This document shows positions 1 through 13,600 of a DNA stretch of 64,000 bases, piece by piece. The position numbers were made by a program, and so were the translations under genes. Every line of letters begins with the position of its first letter. Position 1 is the stretch's first letter. Origin of the DNA: Leucoraja ocellata. Lineage: Eukaryota. The stretch is taken from assembly GCA_036785375.1 (NCBI GenBank), contig JAWMAR010000201.1, positions 1,798,001 to 1,862,000 on the forward strand. Direction: 5' to 3'. The notes beneath the pieces were generated by a model. That model did no database searches, was not told where the DNA came from, and was given only the letters and a program-made list of their open reading frames with translations.

Positions 1-32
1 TCTCAAATTATGGGTTGAAAATTATAATATTA

Positions 33-938
33 CTAGACTGTGGGACCTATTGGGAGAGGTGGTGTAGGGGGGAGGGTATGGTGTTTGGGGAGGGGGGGGG
101 TTGAGGGGGAGGGGCGGTGTGTGGGTGGGGTGTTGTGGGCGGTGGGGTGGTGTGGGGATGGGGTAGTGTGGTGTGGGGGGCTGGAGTGTTGTGGGGGGTG
201 AGGTGGTATGGGTGTGGGGTAGTGTGGGGGTTGATGGGGGTGGGGTGGTGTGCGGGGGTGGGGTGGCGTGATGTGGGGGAGGTGGGGTGGTTTGGGGGGA
301 AGAGGGAACGGGGGCGGGTAAAGGGGAGTTTGGGTGTGTGGGATGGAGGGGATGTGTGGGGAGGAGGGGGTGGGGGAAGGGGGGAGGGGGGAGGGGGGAG
401 GGGGAACGGGGTAGGGGAAAGGAGGGTGTGTGGGGAGGAGGGGATGGGGTGAAGGGGTGAGGGGGATGGGGGGTTGTGGAGGTCGAGGGGTATGTGTGGG
501 GGACGAGGGGTATGTGTGGGGGGAACTCCACTCAGCGGCCATCGGCCGCGGCATCACAAAGCACCTCCCGACTCCACACAGCGGCTTTCCCGACTCCACA
601 CAACTGATTCCCCAACTCCACTCTTGCGGACTCGAACAGCACTTGTTGTGGACCTAGCCCCGTCTCCGGGCTTTATTCTACAGCGGGTGCCGGAAGGGGC
701 GCCGCCCCTCATGGTTAATGACAGGCCAGAAGACCAATCTGCTATCTCACGATTTTTTGAACCTTTATAACTTTTCTAATATTCCACCGATCGAAACAAA
801 CCTTGTTGCGCTGGCAGCAAAGGAGCACGTTGAGTGTGGTGGCGAATAATCCTAGCGATATAGATGCCGTTTTGGAACACTTTAATTAATAAAAGCAAAG
901 CAGAGTGGTCAAGATGAGAGTTTTAGTAATAATATAGA
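33..938 (-). mobile_element. Non-autonomous Helitron-like element with a G-rich low-complexity core
   Basis: On the minus strand it reads A|TCTATATTATTACTAAAACTCTCATCTTG ... GGTCCCACAGTCTAG|T: TC start, CTAG end, inserted in AT, no TSD. Its ends match the copy at 3619-4382. Confidence 0.75.
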
Positions 939-1598
939 TGTCACTATTTCCCATTGGTTCCTTAAACTTCAGCTCCCGAATAAAATCCGGTGCATTACAA
1001 GTAATACATCCACAATGGCCTGTTTCGTCGTCGGCTCAACTACGAGCTGCCCCTAGAAAACATCTCGTGGGAACTCTGCAAGTTGATTTTCTTGCGGTCC
1101 AGTACTAACCTCATTTTCCTAGTATGCCTGTATATTGAAATCACAATTACCACTGTAACAATGCCTTTCATACTTGATAAATGTATCTCCTGATGTAACC
1201 TGCATCCTATGCCCTGGCTACTGTTCTGGAGCCTGTAATCAGGGTCTTTCTGCCCTTTCAATATCCTAGCTTTATACACAAGGATTCTACATCTGCAGAT
1301 CTAATGTCGCCCATGCTAAGTACTGAATTTAATTCCATATCAGCAGAGCAACCCTACCCGCTCTGCCCACCTTTCTGTTCTTTCGATTGGACTCTACGTT
1401 GAATTGCTGAGTAAATCTCATTAAAGTCCTACTAGACTACACGTTTATATATATTATTATTAACGCCGCCACATCTGTAAAACATCGTTACGTAACATAA
1501 TCGATGAGATTTTAAAAATCGATTAAAAAAATATTTATTCAGACAGACGGAAGCATTATGTGAAGAAAACGTGTTAACGTTTTACGTTGTTCTTTTAG

Positions 1599-1634
1599 AG
1601 GTGAACCAAATGAAGTCAAATTTACAAAATAAAG
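1599..1634 (+). CDS. Micro-exon 1 (36 nt) (E)[11 protein letters not shown]
   Basis: ttcttttag|AGGTG...ATAAAG|gtatat; the first residue assumes the upstream exon ends in G. Confidence 0.8.
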
Positions 1635-4600
1635 GTATATTCTAAATTCTTCTCCATATAGGTGTCATTGTAGACATTATCCGTAACGTTACACGGGGAG
1701 AACTGCAATCTTGTGAACCTTGTGTCTGTTGAATTAATCACGTAAATTAGCCTTCGACTACCATGCCACGAGTTAATATATGTCGCAGATTGTGATCAAA
1801 TTTCTCCGTCTTTTCTCTGTGACATTGCATTGCCAATTTTGGTGGAGGTTCTTGAACCGGAAATAAAATATTCGTGACGCAGATGTTATTTATGTGTAAT
1901 TTGAAGATATCTGTAATGTCATTCAGACGTATGCCATTATAAATGTATGCCATTTACTCCATGCGTATAGAGTATGCACACCTCCCTTAAAATGCGATTT
2001 ACCAATGCTCATATTTTCATACCTTGAACGTCAGAACGTAATGTGCTAACTTTCGACCACGTCCTATATTAACATTAAACGATTGTTCCAACTTTCTGAG
2101 CTCTTCAAACTAATGTTCATGAATATTCCCTGAACAACTATAGTAAATATTTTCCACAGATATACATCCAGCGGTGACTGCGCATATATTTTTGCTTGAT
2201 ATCGTAAACTAGCACGTCCATACCGCAGCAGGTTGGGTCACGGGAGAGCAGCGGGCTGGGACACTCCCGGAAGCTAGCCTGACACCCCCTCCGCGGTCAG
2301 ACGTGGGAGGAGGACTCGCGCGCCGGGAAACAACTACAGGGGAGGACTCGCCCTCCGCTGTCCAATATCGGAGGATAACTCTCACCCCGTAGAACGACGA
2401 CGCAAGGCTAGGCTCGAACACCGCATATTACAAATCGGCCCGAGCCACCGGCTTCGACGGGAACTGCGCCGTCGAGAGCGAGGAGGAACCGAGAGCGAGG
2501 TGGACCGGTGAGAGCAATGGGGGGTGGGCGGCGGGGGGCTGGTTGGGGGAGAGGGGGGGCAATGGAGGCGGCTGTGTGTGTGGGGGGATATACCGATAAT
2601 AACTTTGAACGAGGGGGGGGACCCAGCCTGTGGGGGGGAGGGGGGGGGAGGGGGTCGCCAAGAACAAAGGTGGACCGGATGGAAGGCCGCGAGAACAATG
2701 CGCGAAGTGGCGTGGGGTGGTGGGGACGGGGGTTGCTGCTGCAGGTAGTATAATCGACTGTTCGGTGCTTTTATAACTTTGGCGGCGCCAACAAGTGGCG
2801 ACACTGGTGGACTGCCGAGGTTACATGCAAAACAAAGCTTTGCATTATGCCTAGCACAATCTACTGGTAACAGTCAAGTATCATTCATTCATCCATTCAT
2901 TCTCGCGGTAACCACTACTGTTATTTATCACAGATGACCAGCTGCAAAAAGCAAATAAAGGCAAGTAGACTAAATCATTTGCAATTTCTTATTAGAATAA
3001 TCGGTTGTGAATATGCTCATGATGCCTAAATTGCGCATTACCAATCACCCAATCAAAGGAATCTAATAAAGTTGTTTCACAAAGACAATTACCATCAACC
3101 CATTGGGGATTATTGACCAATTCAAAACGAATGCGAAGAGCGCTGTGCTCCTCCCGCCATTGCATCTACGAAAACTGATCATTCCTTATGCGTATCGTTG
3201 TGCTCTTGAAATATAACCCGATAAAGTATATTTACTAGAGGCTTTTAAGCTTCATCACGTTTAATTAGAATGCCAAAAGAAAAAAAGAGTTTTACTACTG
3301 CTAATATGAAGAAAATGATTTCGGACTATTAGCATTATCTGGCAATGAAGATGCTACTCGATGTCCTATACCTCTAGCATCAGATCAACATTATATGTCG
3401 TAAAGAAAACATGGTTACGCAATTCCTACTCGGCTCTACCGCTGCAAATATAGTTCCACCCCAGAGCCGTAATCATACACTACGTTCAATGCATGTTTTT
3501 GTTGCCTCCTTAGAAGCCGACGATATTCGCCAGAACTGGAGTAAGCAGATTTTTTCTGAAAGCTATATATTATGCACATCCTCTCGTCATGTGACCACAT
3601 TCCTTAAATAATATCACATCTAATTACTAAAAGGCTCACCTTGTCTGCCTGTGTGTATATGCGTGTATGTTTTGTATCTTCCTCAAAATGCTAAGCGCTC
3701 GCGCTTAAATTGTTATATATTCTAATTCACATTTTTCCCGTACACGCCGAAGTCAGGTTCATTTAAGATTTCATCCGATATTTCACATGTTATTAATTAA
3801 AAATAAAAGCCCAAAACCACTTCTCACAGGCAGCCTTTTTCCAGCAGCTTCCAGTGATGATGGCACAATGCCACTCACAATGTATAAATCACAATGGTCT
3901 CTCAAGCTGCCGAGTGCCACAATTACATACAATGGGACGTTGCCAACGGTAACTGCAGCTTCTCACAGAGCCCTTTCCCACGAGCTTCCAGTGATGATGC
4001 TATTTTCACGTTATTGATGATTAAAGCTTTAAAAATGCCAGCTTTAACAAGATTTTTAGTTCAAATCCTTCCTGCCATATTCCAATACGCCGATACTAAA
4101 TTGCAATACAGGAACACTCAGGCCGTTTCACCTTAATGGAGTACACAACACGTGCTTTAACCGGAGGGGTTGCTATTACAATTGGAATTTTTATTCCAAG
4201 TCCACTGCTGAGGAAGGCAGGGGAGTGCTATAACCTTACGTTCGGGAATGAGTTCAGATGGGGCACTACGCCCCACATTGGACTACCACTTAGTAATGCA
4301 CCATTGCGTTGGGGAACGGGTTGTGTTTTTTTAGTGACCAGCCCTCGTGTGGGACAAGGAGCCAACGGGTCCCACGGTCTAGTTGCTCATAAAAGTTAAT
4401 TATGTTTTCGCAATATTCTATATTGTATATTCTATTCCCCAAATCATTGTTTTGCATGCGTTATAACAGAGCAAACAATAATCTAAGTGCCTCGTTGTAA
4501 AAGCATTTCCGCACTTCTCGACATCACACACGATAGTGATGCTGTTTCTATAATCTCTGCTGTGCTCTCATTTTATCCCCGAAGTGCGTGGTTAGATTTT

Positions 4601-7600
4601 TATAAGAAATAAAAACGCTCCTCGGAAGCATTCCCAACGCACACTTAAATAATTAAAATGCATTCTAGTCTATAACCAATATTCCGTGTTCAAGGAACGC
4701 ACCTCAGCAATTTTTTTTAATTTATTCGTATCAGAATTTCCAAACAACGAAATGCAAATTAATTGAAACATTTTCAATAATACGACCGTCATTCCAGTAA
4801 ATGAATGACCCGATATGATTTTGAACGATGTTTTGTTTTGGGGCTGACGGAAGTGATGTTTTAAACAGAAAATAGTACGATCAATTGTGGTTCTATTGAC
4901 AAAACACTTGGTCTTTCAAAACATATTTAAAATTGCAGACAAAATTCATAAATTGAACAAACTACTAAACCTGTGATGTGAATACTAAATCAAGCTAAAT
5001 ATATTGGCTTCCTCAAATAAATTTGCTTTGCCTCTCATTATCAAATTATGTTTGCGTGGTGATCTGAAGGTATGTAATACATACTGCTCTGCCTGTGCTT
5101 GTTCTTTCGCCTTCAGTGTTTGTGATTTTGGTAACACAAAAATGTCATAAAACACGTAACGTATGACCATATCGTGGCAGTGGCAGTGGCCGCAAGTGTC
5201 ACATTGACTTAATCATCCACCCTTACCTTACTCTATTGAGCCAGGTTAACGATCACTTTGCAGCAAAATGGATTTACGGTCCTAGAAGTGCCACGGTTCT
5301 ATGCCTTTATTGATGTTCAATATCTCCGTTTTCGACTTTTCTACGTTCATTGCGCTTTGCTGAATTATTAGCGTTTTGATAGTCGGTGTGGTAAAGGTGC
5401 AAGGTACTTGTCAGAACCCATCACTGCCAGGCATGGTTTGGACAATTATCTGGAAATTTGTGAGTTGTAAAAATTGAAATCCTTGAATTATTTTTTTCAG
5501 ATTACTTTGAACTTCCGAAAATGTCCAAATATTCACATTCCTTTGAATGTGAAAAATCAAATACAATTACGTTTTGAAAACAATCCTTAATTAATCACTT
5601 CATTCACACATCATATTTTGTGTTCTCAAATCATTTGAATGGTGGGACGAATTTGTCTGCCGCTCGAAACCAATTTCGGTAAATTTACGGAGGTTGGTGA
5701 GAAGATGCACTCCACTTCTGGATTCAAGAGAGGGGCCCAAAATTGGAGTTCATCGTTGAACTGTCAGGATTTCTTAAATCTATGCGCATATGCATGGAAT
5801 TGCCAGCGCTTGATTAAATGTAAGACTAGCAGCTGCGCAACATGGGGACGAAGGTTTTCCAGACCTTAAAAATAAAATGCCTATTTAATTGTGTTCACTA
5901 GCGGCATTCTGGATACCCTACAGTAATTTTCAGGATATCCCTCTATGTCCGAGAGAAAGACGTATGGCCAGGCAGCCGATACGTCATTATGTCAGCATGT
6001 TTCGCTGCATGGTAACGCAAGACAAACAATTCAATTTGGCAGGCAACTCCTCAAGTTGAGGCCGTACATCATGGAAGGTTGAAGAGGGAAACGTGTTCTA
6101 CCATTCAGTCGGTAGAATTTATCATACACAGGCCATTGAAAAGTACGTTATATCAAAATTAAAATACACATTACAGCGGAAGAATCGAATTCAGGAACAT
6201 ATTCGACGAATGGATACGTTTCACTATATGTGAGGTTCTCTGAAGATGATTAATATTTGTTATGAGGATGTCTCCCAATCTCCATGTTTGAAATACTTTC
6301 TGAAAAGTGTACCTTGCTTTATTGCTTTTAAGAAATTCATTTTTGGTGTTCTCATGACAGAAATGACGACGGAGCAAAATGATTCAGGTAAAAGTCTCAC
6401 TTTATGACTAATGTTTGGTGTACATTGTCATGTCGTTGTTATTGGCAGTGTCGATGTTAGAAGAATCGTGTTTTATATTATTGACACCAAATTATCAAAT
6501 GGTATGGACTGGTGGCTGACTAATTATTTGGTGTGCTGATATGTTTTTATTCTCAGAAATCAAAAAACTTCGCGATCAGTTAAAAAAGATCGGTAAGTAA
6601 AGCTTCAAAACAATATTAGACAAACGCAGCGGTAAATCATCAGGAAATCATATCAGTTATAATTGTTGAATAAGTGATTTTCATCCTTTTCATTGGAAAA
6701 TGGTGGGATCGCTACGTTCGCGACGCTAATATTAGATCGCTACGTTCTTAACTACAAAATATTCGTGCATTTACAAATATTTTGTTCAAACCTTTCACAG
6801 AAAAGGAGAAGAGAGGTAAATCCATCAGTTTTCGATAAGTAAATTTAACCGCAGCAAACATCGTGTTGCTACGCACCGTCATTTGTATAGTTCGCCTGAT
6901 TTACGGCTTTGCATTCGTCGCATTCTTCCACTTACAAGTTCAATAGGAGAGATAAGTAGCTTCTCAGGTCGTATCATATCTCTTCTGCATTTACTAACAT
7001 TCTGACCTCTTTTTGAACGTGTGGCCACATTCATACAGTGAGTCACAGTAATCCGATGTCTGATCCCTTTAAAAACTCTGGTAATGGCGTTAAAATTTGC
7101 TGAGCGGCGAAATCCAACTGTATCAATTTGAGTCACAGACTCGGATTTCAAATTGTATTATTGCTATAAATGTGCTTCGAAATAGCTCCAAACATTTCAA
7201 AAGCAGGACGTGCCGGCATTGGAAACCTGGAAAGAAACAGGCATGACTGGAAATAATCTGGAGGACACCCATAATCATTTTCGGAACAAAATCGCATTAT
7301 GGTGCAATAGCAAGATCTCGACATCTACTATTTCATTCCACCGACTATTTTGCCACTTTTCACCAATTTGATTCATGCTATCATGTATATCAGGAGACAC
7401 CCAGGTGCACTGGTCAATACAACCCCATTGTAACAAACAACAGTTAGATTGTGAAAATAAAGACTGATGCTTTGTGTTGTGAGATTGGACGTATCCAACA
7501 GAAAATTCGTCACCAATGTTAAAGTTATCTTCAAGCTAGGACTAACCCGCATTAGAAATTATCATAGCTTTAGGCAATAGACAATAGGTGCAGGAGCAGG

Positions 7601-10600
7601 ACATTTGGCCCTTCGAGCCAGCACCGCCATTCAATGTGATCATGGCAGATCATCCGCAATCAGTACCCCGTTCCTACCTCATCCCCATATCCCCTGACTC
7701 CGCTATTTCTTGAAAGCATCCAGAGAACCTGCGTCCTCTGAGGTAGCGAATTCCACAGAATTCGGAAACATTCTAAAAGGAGCGAAATTCCCGAGTTCAG
7801 ATGAGTGTTAGAATGCGATTACAAGGCAGTACGTGGTCAGGGCGGCTTTAAAGATATCCTTGAACCATAATCTCGGATACATCAATATAAATACAGAGCA
7901 AGCGTGTTAAATTGTAGAAGCACTCACACGTCAGGCGACAGTAAGAAATAAGGTTCATGTTTGTGATCGAGATCCTCTCAACAGAAATTTAAATTACGGG
8001 AAATGTAAGAACTGCACATGCTGGAATCTTGAGCAAAAAGCAAAGTGCTGGAGGAACGCAAAGGGTCAGGTAGCATCTGTCAATCCTTTCCCTTTCCCCT
8101 GACTCTCTTTCTGAAGAAGGGTCCAAATCGGCACCTTTTCATTTTCTCCAGATATGCTGTCACGACCGCTGAATTACTCCAGCATTTTTGTGACCGTCAT
8201 CGGTTTAACCCAGCATCTGCAGTTCCTTCCAAGGCATCATATTGAACTTCAATAGAATACCATGGTTCATGAGCCAATTGCATCGAAACGACAAGGAAAC
8301 TCCGCCCATTCCTTCTCAACAGCAAGAAATAGTTGTTTTGTGCAGGTAAGCCGCCTATAACCCTCCCACCACGAGCACTAATCCCCGGTTTCCCTTTGAA
8401 TGCGAATCATGTCAAGGTAATTTTCAGAAAAATACACAAAATACTAGTTATTCCGCGGGTCAAGCAGTATGTGTGGAGAACATGATAGGCGATGTCCTCG
8501 GACACAGAAGTAGGGTCCGGACCAGAAACCTCATGCTCTTCAGTGCTGCCTGGCCTACTTATCCAGCACTTTGTACCTTTTTTGTAAAATAGCATCCACT
8601 GTTTCTTGTAGTCAGGTTTATTGTCCGACACGCGAGTTTGATGGGGTACAGCTGTAATGAAAAACCTGCTGCCACATCTTTACAGGCACGAATGCTCAAA
8701 CAGCAAATATAAAGATAATTTATACATTCATTTTTCATAACTTACATATACATTCTGCAAGATATTTAAGAGTAAAAAATGTGCATAGAAGTGCACCTGA
8801 TGGACCGGAGTGTTCCATTGTCGTGCATCAACACCCTGGTAGCTGTCGGAAATGCATTGTTCCGCAACTTGCTGGTGTGGGACTTCAGGCTTTTGTTCTC
8901 AGCACAGAATAATTAGAAGACTGAATGTATTTATCATTCACCTGCTGCAAGTGTAAAATTATAAATCTAAATGTCATGAGTGAATGCTTACAAATAGCGG
9001 TGTGGGGATAAATATGTAATTTCGAACTAATTTTACGGTTAATGTGTCATCTTAATAGATCTAGAAAAACACAATCTCATCGAAGGTGAGAAATCGAACA
9101 AACATATTCAAGTAGTGAGGATACCTGTCGGCAAAATAATATACACTACTGTTGATCCTACCGTCTCCTCATAACGAATGTGACATTTGACATTATTATG
9201 AAAGTCAGGATGCTGTTCTGGTCACACTTCTAGAATTAAAGCTTATAATTGAACTATTCTACTTGCATTTCCTGCAACCCTTGATATATACCTGCATTGC
9301 TGCGTTCTTGGCATTCCGTGTTCAACACAACTCGCAATATATCAACGGACATTATTGTTTCAACGCAAACTTTGTACCTTGCGTTGTAAAGCATTTTACC
9401 ATTTACTGACAAGACGTCTTCGTTTTCTTTCTGGGTTGAGAAATAATGCATTGTACCAACGTTACTGTGCAGATGGTCAGGTCGTAATGTAATTCGAGTA
9501 GATTATTTTATGGCTGTCTTTTCAACCAGTTATATTCCCTACGCTGGACCCGTCGTCTCACAGATCACGATAATTTAAGACAGAGCAAATCCAATTCAAG
9601 AAACTTAAGATAAACTTTAGATAACATGGTTACATTGAGTACTTCTATTGACATCCTCTCTATAACATGTTTCTTAATAAGCCATAACCCTCTGGGCAAA
9701 CGCAATTTATTATTCTTTGCTCTCCTTTACTTTGCCAGTTTGACTGCCCACCACTCCTGACCTGTTGCTGCTGCACTTTGCTTTTCACTTTCATGTTCTG
9801 CGCTATTTCCCCTTTATCTCAATTTCCCAGCTCTCTGCCGATCTATCCTTCCTGCCACCATTCTCAACTAATTCTTCCTTTTTCCTCCCTTTCGTATCTT
9901 CTGCTACTCAACATATCTGAAGCACACACACTCATCCGTTCACTCCCATTTACCTATTGCTCTACGTATTGCTGTGCCTGACCGACATTCCTCACGCGAT
10001 GATACAATGCGCATTCAAGCACGACAGCTATTCAATAAAGCCAGGATATTATGCCAAAAGATGAACCTTCCGCAATTACTTTCAAATGTAGCAAAGTACC
10101 CCTTGTAACAGGAAAACGGTGCGAGACTATAAATGACTTCTATTTGGTCAAAAGCAGGTTATATGTATGTGAGCATGTGCTTTAAGCCGGGAAGGGGGGC
10201 GCGCCATACAATCATTAAGCGCAATGAATGTCGAGGTTGGCCTGCATGTCAAACATTCATTTTATTATGCAGATGATTTTACATACAGAAACGATTTACA
10301 GTAAAAGAAAAACGGCCCTTATTCTCCGTTTTCACGATAATAAGTGATAAAATCGGTACAAACCAAATGCACAAAATGAAACGTGACTTCAACGTGCACA
10401 CCATTAAATATTACTCTCACAATCATATCCTTAGAGAGCAATAATAATAATAATAATAATCTTATTTATATAGCACATTTTTAGTCAACTTGCATTGACC
10501 CCAAAGTGCTTCACATAATTACATTACATTTACACACAGGCAAAGGTGGGTGAAGTGTCTTGCCCCAAGGACACAACGACAGTATGCACTCCAAGCGGGA

Positions 10601-13600
10601 TTCGAACCGGCTACCTTCCGGTCGCCAGCCGAACACTTAGCCCATTGTGTCATCTGTAGTCCCAAGCTTCCTAAAGCTATCTCCAGCTGACAGGCAGCAG
10701 AAGGCTCGTAAATTCTGAGAGCTCTTAAAGTGGTTGATTATTAATTGTGTATCTATTGCTCGTATGCAGACACAAAATCAAAGGGTTACGTTGTATTTCG
10801 AGTTATAATGAGAGCATTAGCAAGCCAGTCATGTGGTCAAAATATTTAGTTATTCAAACGCAACGTTTTAATTCGGACACACCTTGACTAAATATTGGTA
10901 AAAAAAATATCTAGGCGGTGTGCATTCCAATGTCCCTTAGCATAGAAATAAAAAAATCTTCGTTGTTAGATTGTAACATATCCAGGTCAAAGATTTAACA
11001 GCGGTACAGGACATCGTATATTAATTACTAGAAGCAACAAGGGATTTGCACGGGGGCTCGGAGAATGTCTTTGGAACTTATCTGGCTACACGCAACATCA
11101 CGGAGTATTCGCAGAGACAAATAATGTTGTTTTCATGGTTTCAGAGTGATGGTAGCAATACTGCAAGGATTGACTCCCATTTGGAAGATAATGTATTAAT
11201 TTGGGACACGCATCATGACGTCATCGTGGCAGATCATAACGTACTAACTTGTTTGAGTTTGTTGAGAAGATGATGAATGTGATCCATGAGATTTGGGCGT
11301 GGATCTTGTTTACAAGAAGTCCAACAAGGCATTTGATAAATTAATTTATGGCAGGCTAATCCAGAAGATGATGATGCACGAGATTCACAGTGACTTGGTC
11401 GTATGGATTCAGAATTGTCTTACCCAGATAAAACAAGAAATTGTAATGTATGTGGAAGGTATACATTTGACGGCAAACCTTAACGGCAGTGATATGCAGA
11501 GGGATATTACGGTGCAAGTCCATAGCTCCATGTGTGTTGCAACATAATTAGACAGTGGTTAAAATGTATTATATGTGCGCATCGTTATTGGGCGGTACTT
11601 GAGTACAAGATTCAGGAAGCATCATGCTGCTCTCCTCTTGCAGACAATAGCGGGTGTATTGCATGACCTGGCAGAGGAGGTAATTGAGGCAGGTGCAAAT
11701 ACAGTATTTAAAAAATGTGGGCAGGTACATGTATAGGCAAAGCATGGAAGCATACAGACTGAATACGCGCAGGTAGGACTTGAGTAGATGAAACACAATG
11801 CCCTGAATGGCCTGTTACTGCGTTGCACCTCTCCGTGTTTTTTTTGTTTTTTTTGCAAAATAGCTTAATCCAGACCTTACAATTCTCGATATACTTTGTA
11901 CTATTACAGCCGCACTATTGGTTGCTTCATAACCACTTTGTATTTACCATGTAACCAATGTTATAGGCGTCTTAGCTATTCGTACTTCATCATTGGATTT
12001 CTGAAAGTCCTCACAAAGCTAACGATTTCTAGGTAAGCCTGGTGGTCTCCCGAACAAGGTCTATCACCTTGCCATTAAGCCGACACAGATAGGACTGCTG
12101 TTAACTCTACCAGTGTGGTAATTACCAACCGTTAATCTTGCCATTAAGCACGGAGCTCGTTTTAGAAATCTCTTGCAGTAGATCCCTTGTCTCCTACTCC
12201 TGATGAAAGTAGCTGGTCACTTTCCCTATTAGCCCCATTTATTGCTGCGGATTAGTAAAGAAAATATAATTTTGCGAGGGACATTGCACAGAGACGTAAC
12301 TGTACCAGATCCTTTTCGTAGCCATACATGCTTGGCAATATGCAGTCAATGAATCCGAGAGATATACTCCTTTCATTCAATTTTGATCATCTCTTGCAAC
12401 ATATTTAATGACTCCATATGCAGTAGATTTCTCAACACGGCTACAACTGAGAACATTGTCCAATTCTTCTCTTCTGTGATGGGCTTGTTAACCTTGCTGA
12501 CATGAACAGTATTATCTGCCCAGTATCATGGACATGGTTTGTCATAGATTTTGAAGGGTTAGTTTAAGGTTTACGTGTGCCACGTGTACCATATGAGGCG
12601 CGAAGCGTCGTTTAATTTAGTTAAGTTTAGTTTAGTTTAATTTAGTTCAGTTTAGTTTATTATTTTATTATTGTCAGTGTACCGAGCGAGGTACAGTGAA
12701 AATGTTTTGTTTGTGTGCTATCCAGTCAAATAAAAGACCATACATGAACGCAATCCAGCTGTCCCTCCAGCTGTTGGAGGGTCTGGAGGGACTACAGATC
12801 CTCCAACATCACCCCCACATCCAGCGACGCCTCCTTCCTTGATGAGCTTAATCACTTCTATGGCCGCTTCGACAGGGACAATCTAGAGACAGCCATCAAG
12901 GCTGTGCTACCTGCCGATCACCAACCCCTCACACTCACCCCCTACGACGTGTACGTGGCACTGAGTAGGACTAATGCACGTAAGGCTGCTGGCCCTGACG
13001 GCATCCCCGGGCGCGTGCTCAGGGCCTGTGCTGCGCAGCTGACAGACGTCTGGACTGACATCTTCAACCTGTCACTTGCCCAAGCAGTTGTCCCCACTTG
13101 CCTTAAAGCCACCTCCATCGTGCCAGTGCCAAAACACTCCACTGCGGCAAGCCTCAACGACTTCCGCCCAGTTGCACTTACTCCCATCATCACCAAGTGC
13201 TTCGAGAGGCTGGTCCTGGCACACCTCAAAAGCTGCCTACCCCCCACACTGGATCCCTATCAGTTTGCCTACCGCAAGAACAGGAGTACGGAGGATGCCA
13301 TCTCAACGGCACTTCACTCCGCCCTCTCCCACCTCGACAACAGAGACACTTATGTAAGAATGCTGTTCATCGATTACAGCTCAGCATTCAACACCATTAT
13401 TCCATCAAAACTGATCACCAAACTCGGTAACCTGGGCATCGACCCCTCCCTCTGCAACTGGATACTGGACTTTCTAACCAACAGACCCCAGTCTGTGAGG
13501 TTAGACAAGCACACCTCTTCAACCCTCACCCTGAACACCGGCGTTCCTCAGGGCTGTGTGCTGAGCCCCCTCCTCTACTCCCTCTTCACCTATGACTGCA

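Noticed and set aside
22-770. Pro/His-rich and Gly-rich ORFs (also 2382-2804, 17364-17747, 57141-57967)
   Set aside because: Artefacts of G/C low-complexity tracts; open in several frames on both strands.
7039-7080. In-frame 42-nt AG..GT segment
   Set aside because: Poor polypyrimidine tract; it encodes two prolines, unlike every other exon.
8323-8345. Candidate exon ctcaacag|CAAGAAATAGTTGTTTTGTGCAG|gtaagc
   Set aside because: Good splice sites, but 23 nt would shift the frame. It could be a poison or decayed exon; no further support.
10590-10657. tRNA gene (also 30068-30140)
   Set aside because: A/B boxes are followed by SINE bodies and tails; no convincing cloverleaf.
10687-10707. Possible 21-nt phase-1 exon (ADRQQKA)
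   Set aside because: Weak donor (CTC|gtaaat) and no match to the repeat consensus. It cannot be excluded, since 21 nt would keep the register.
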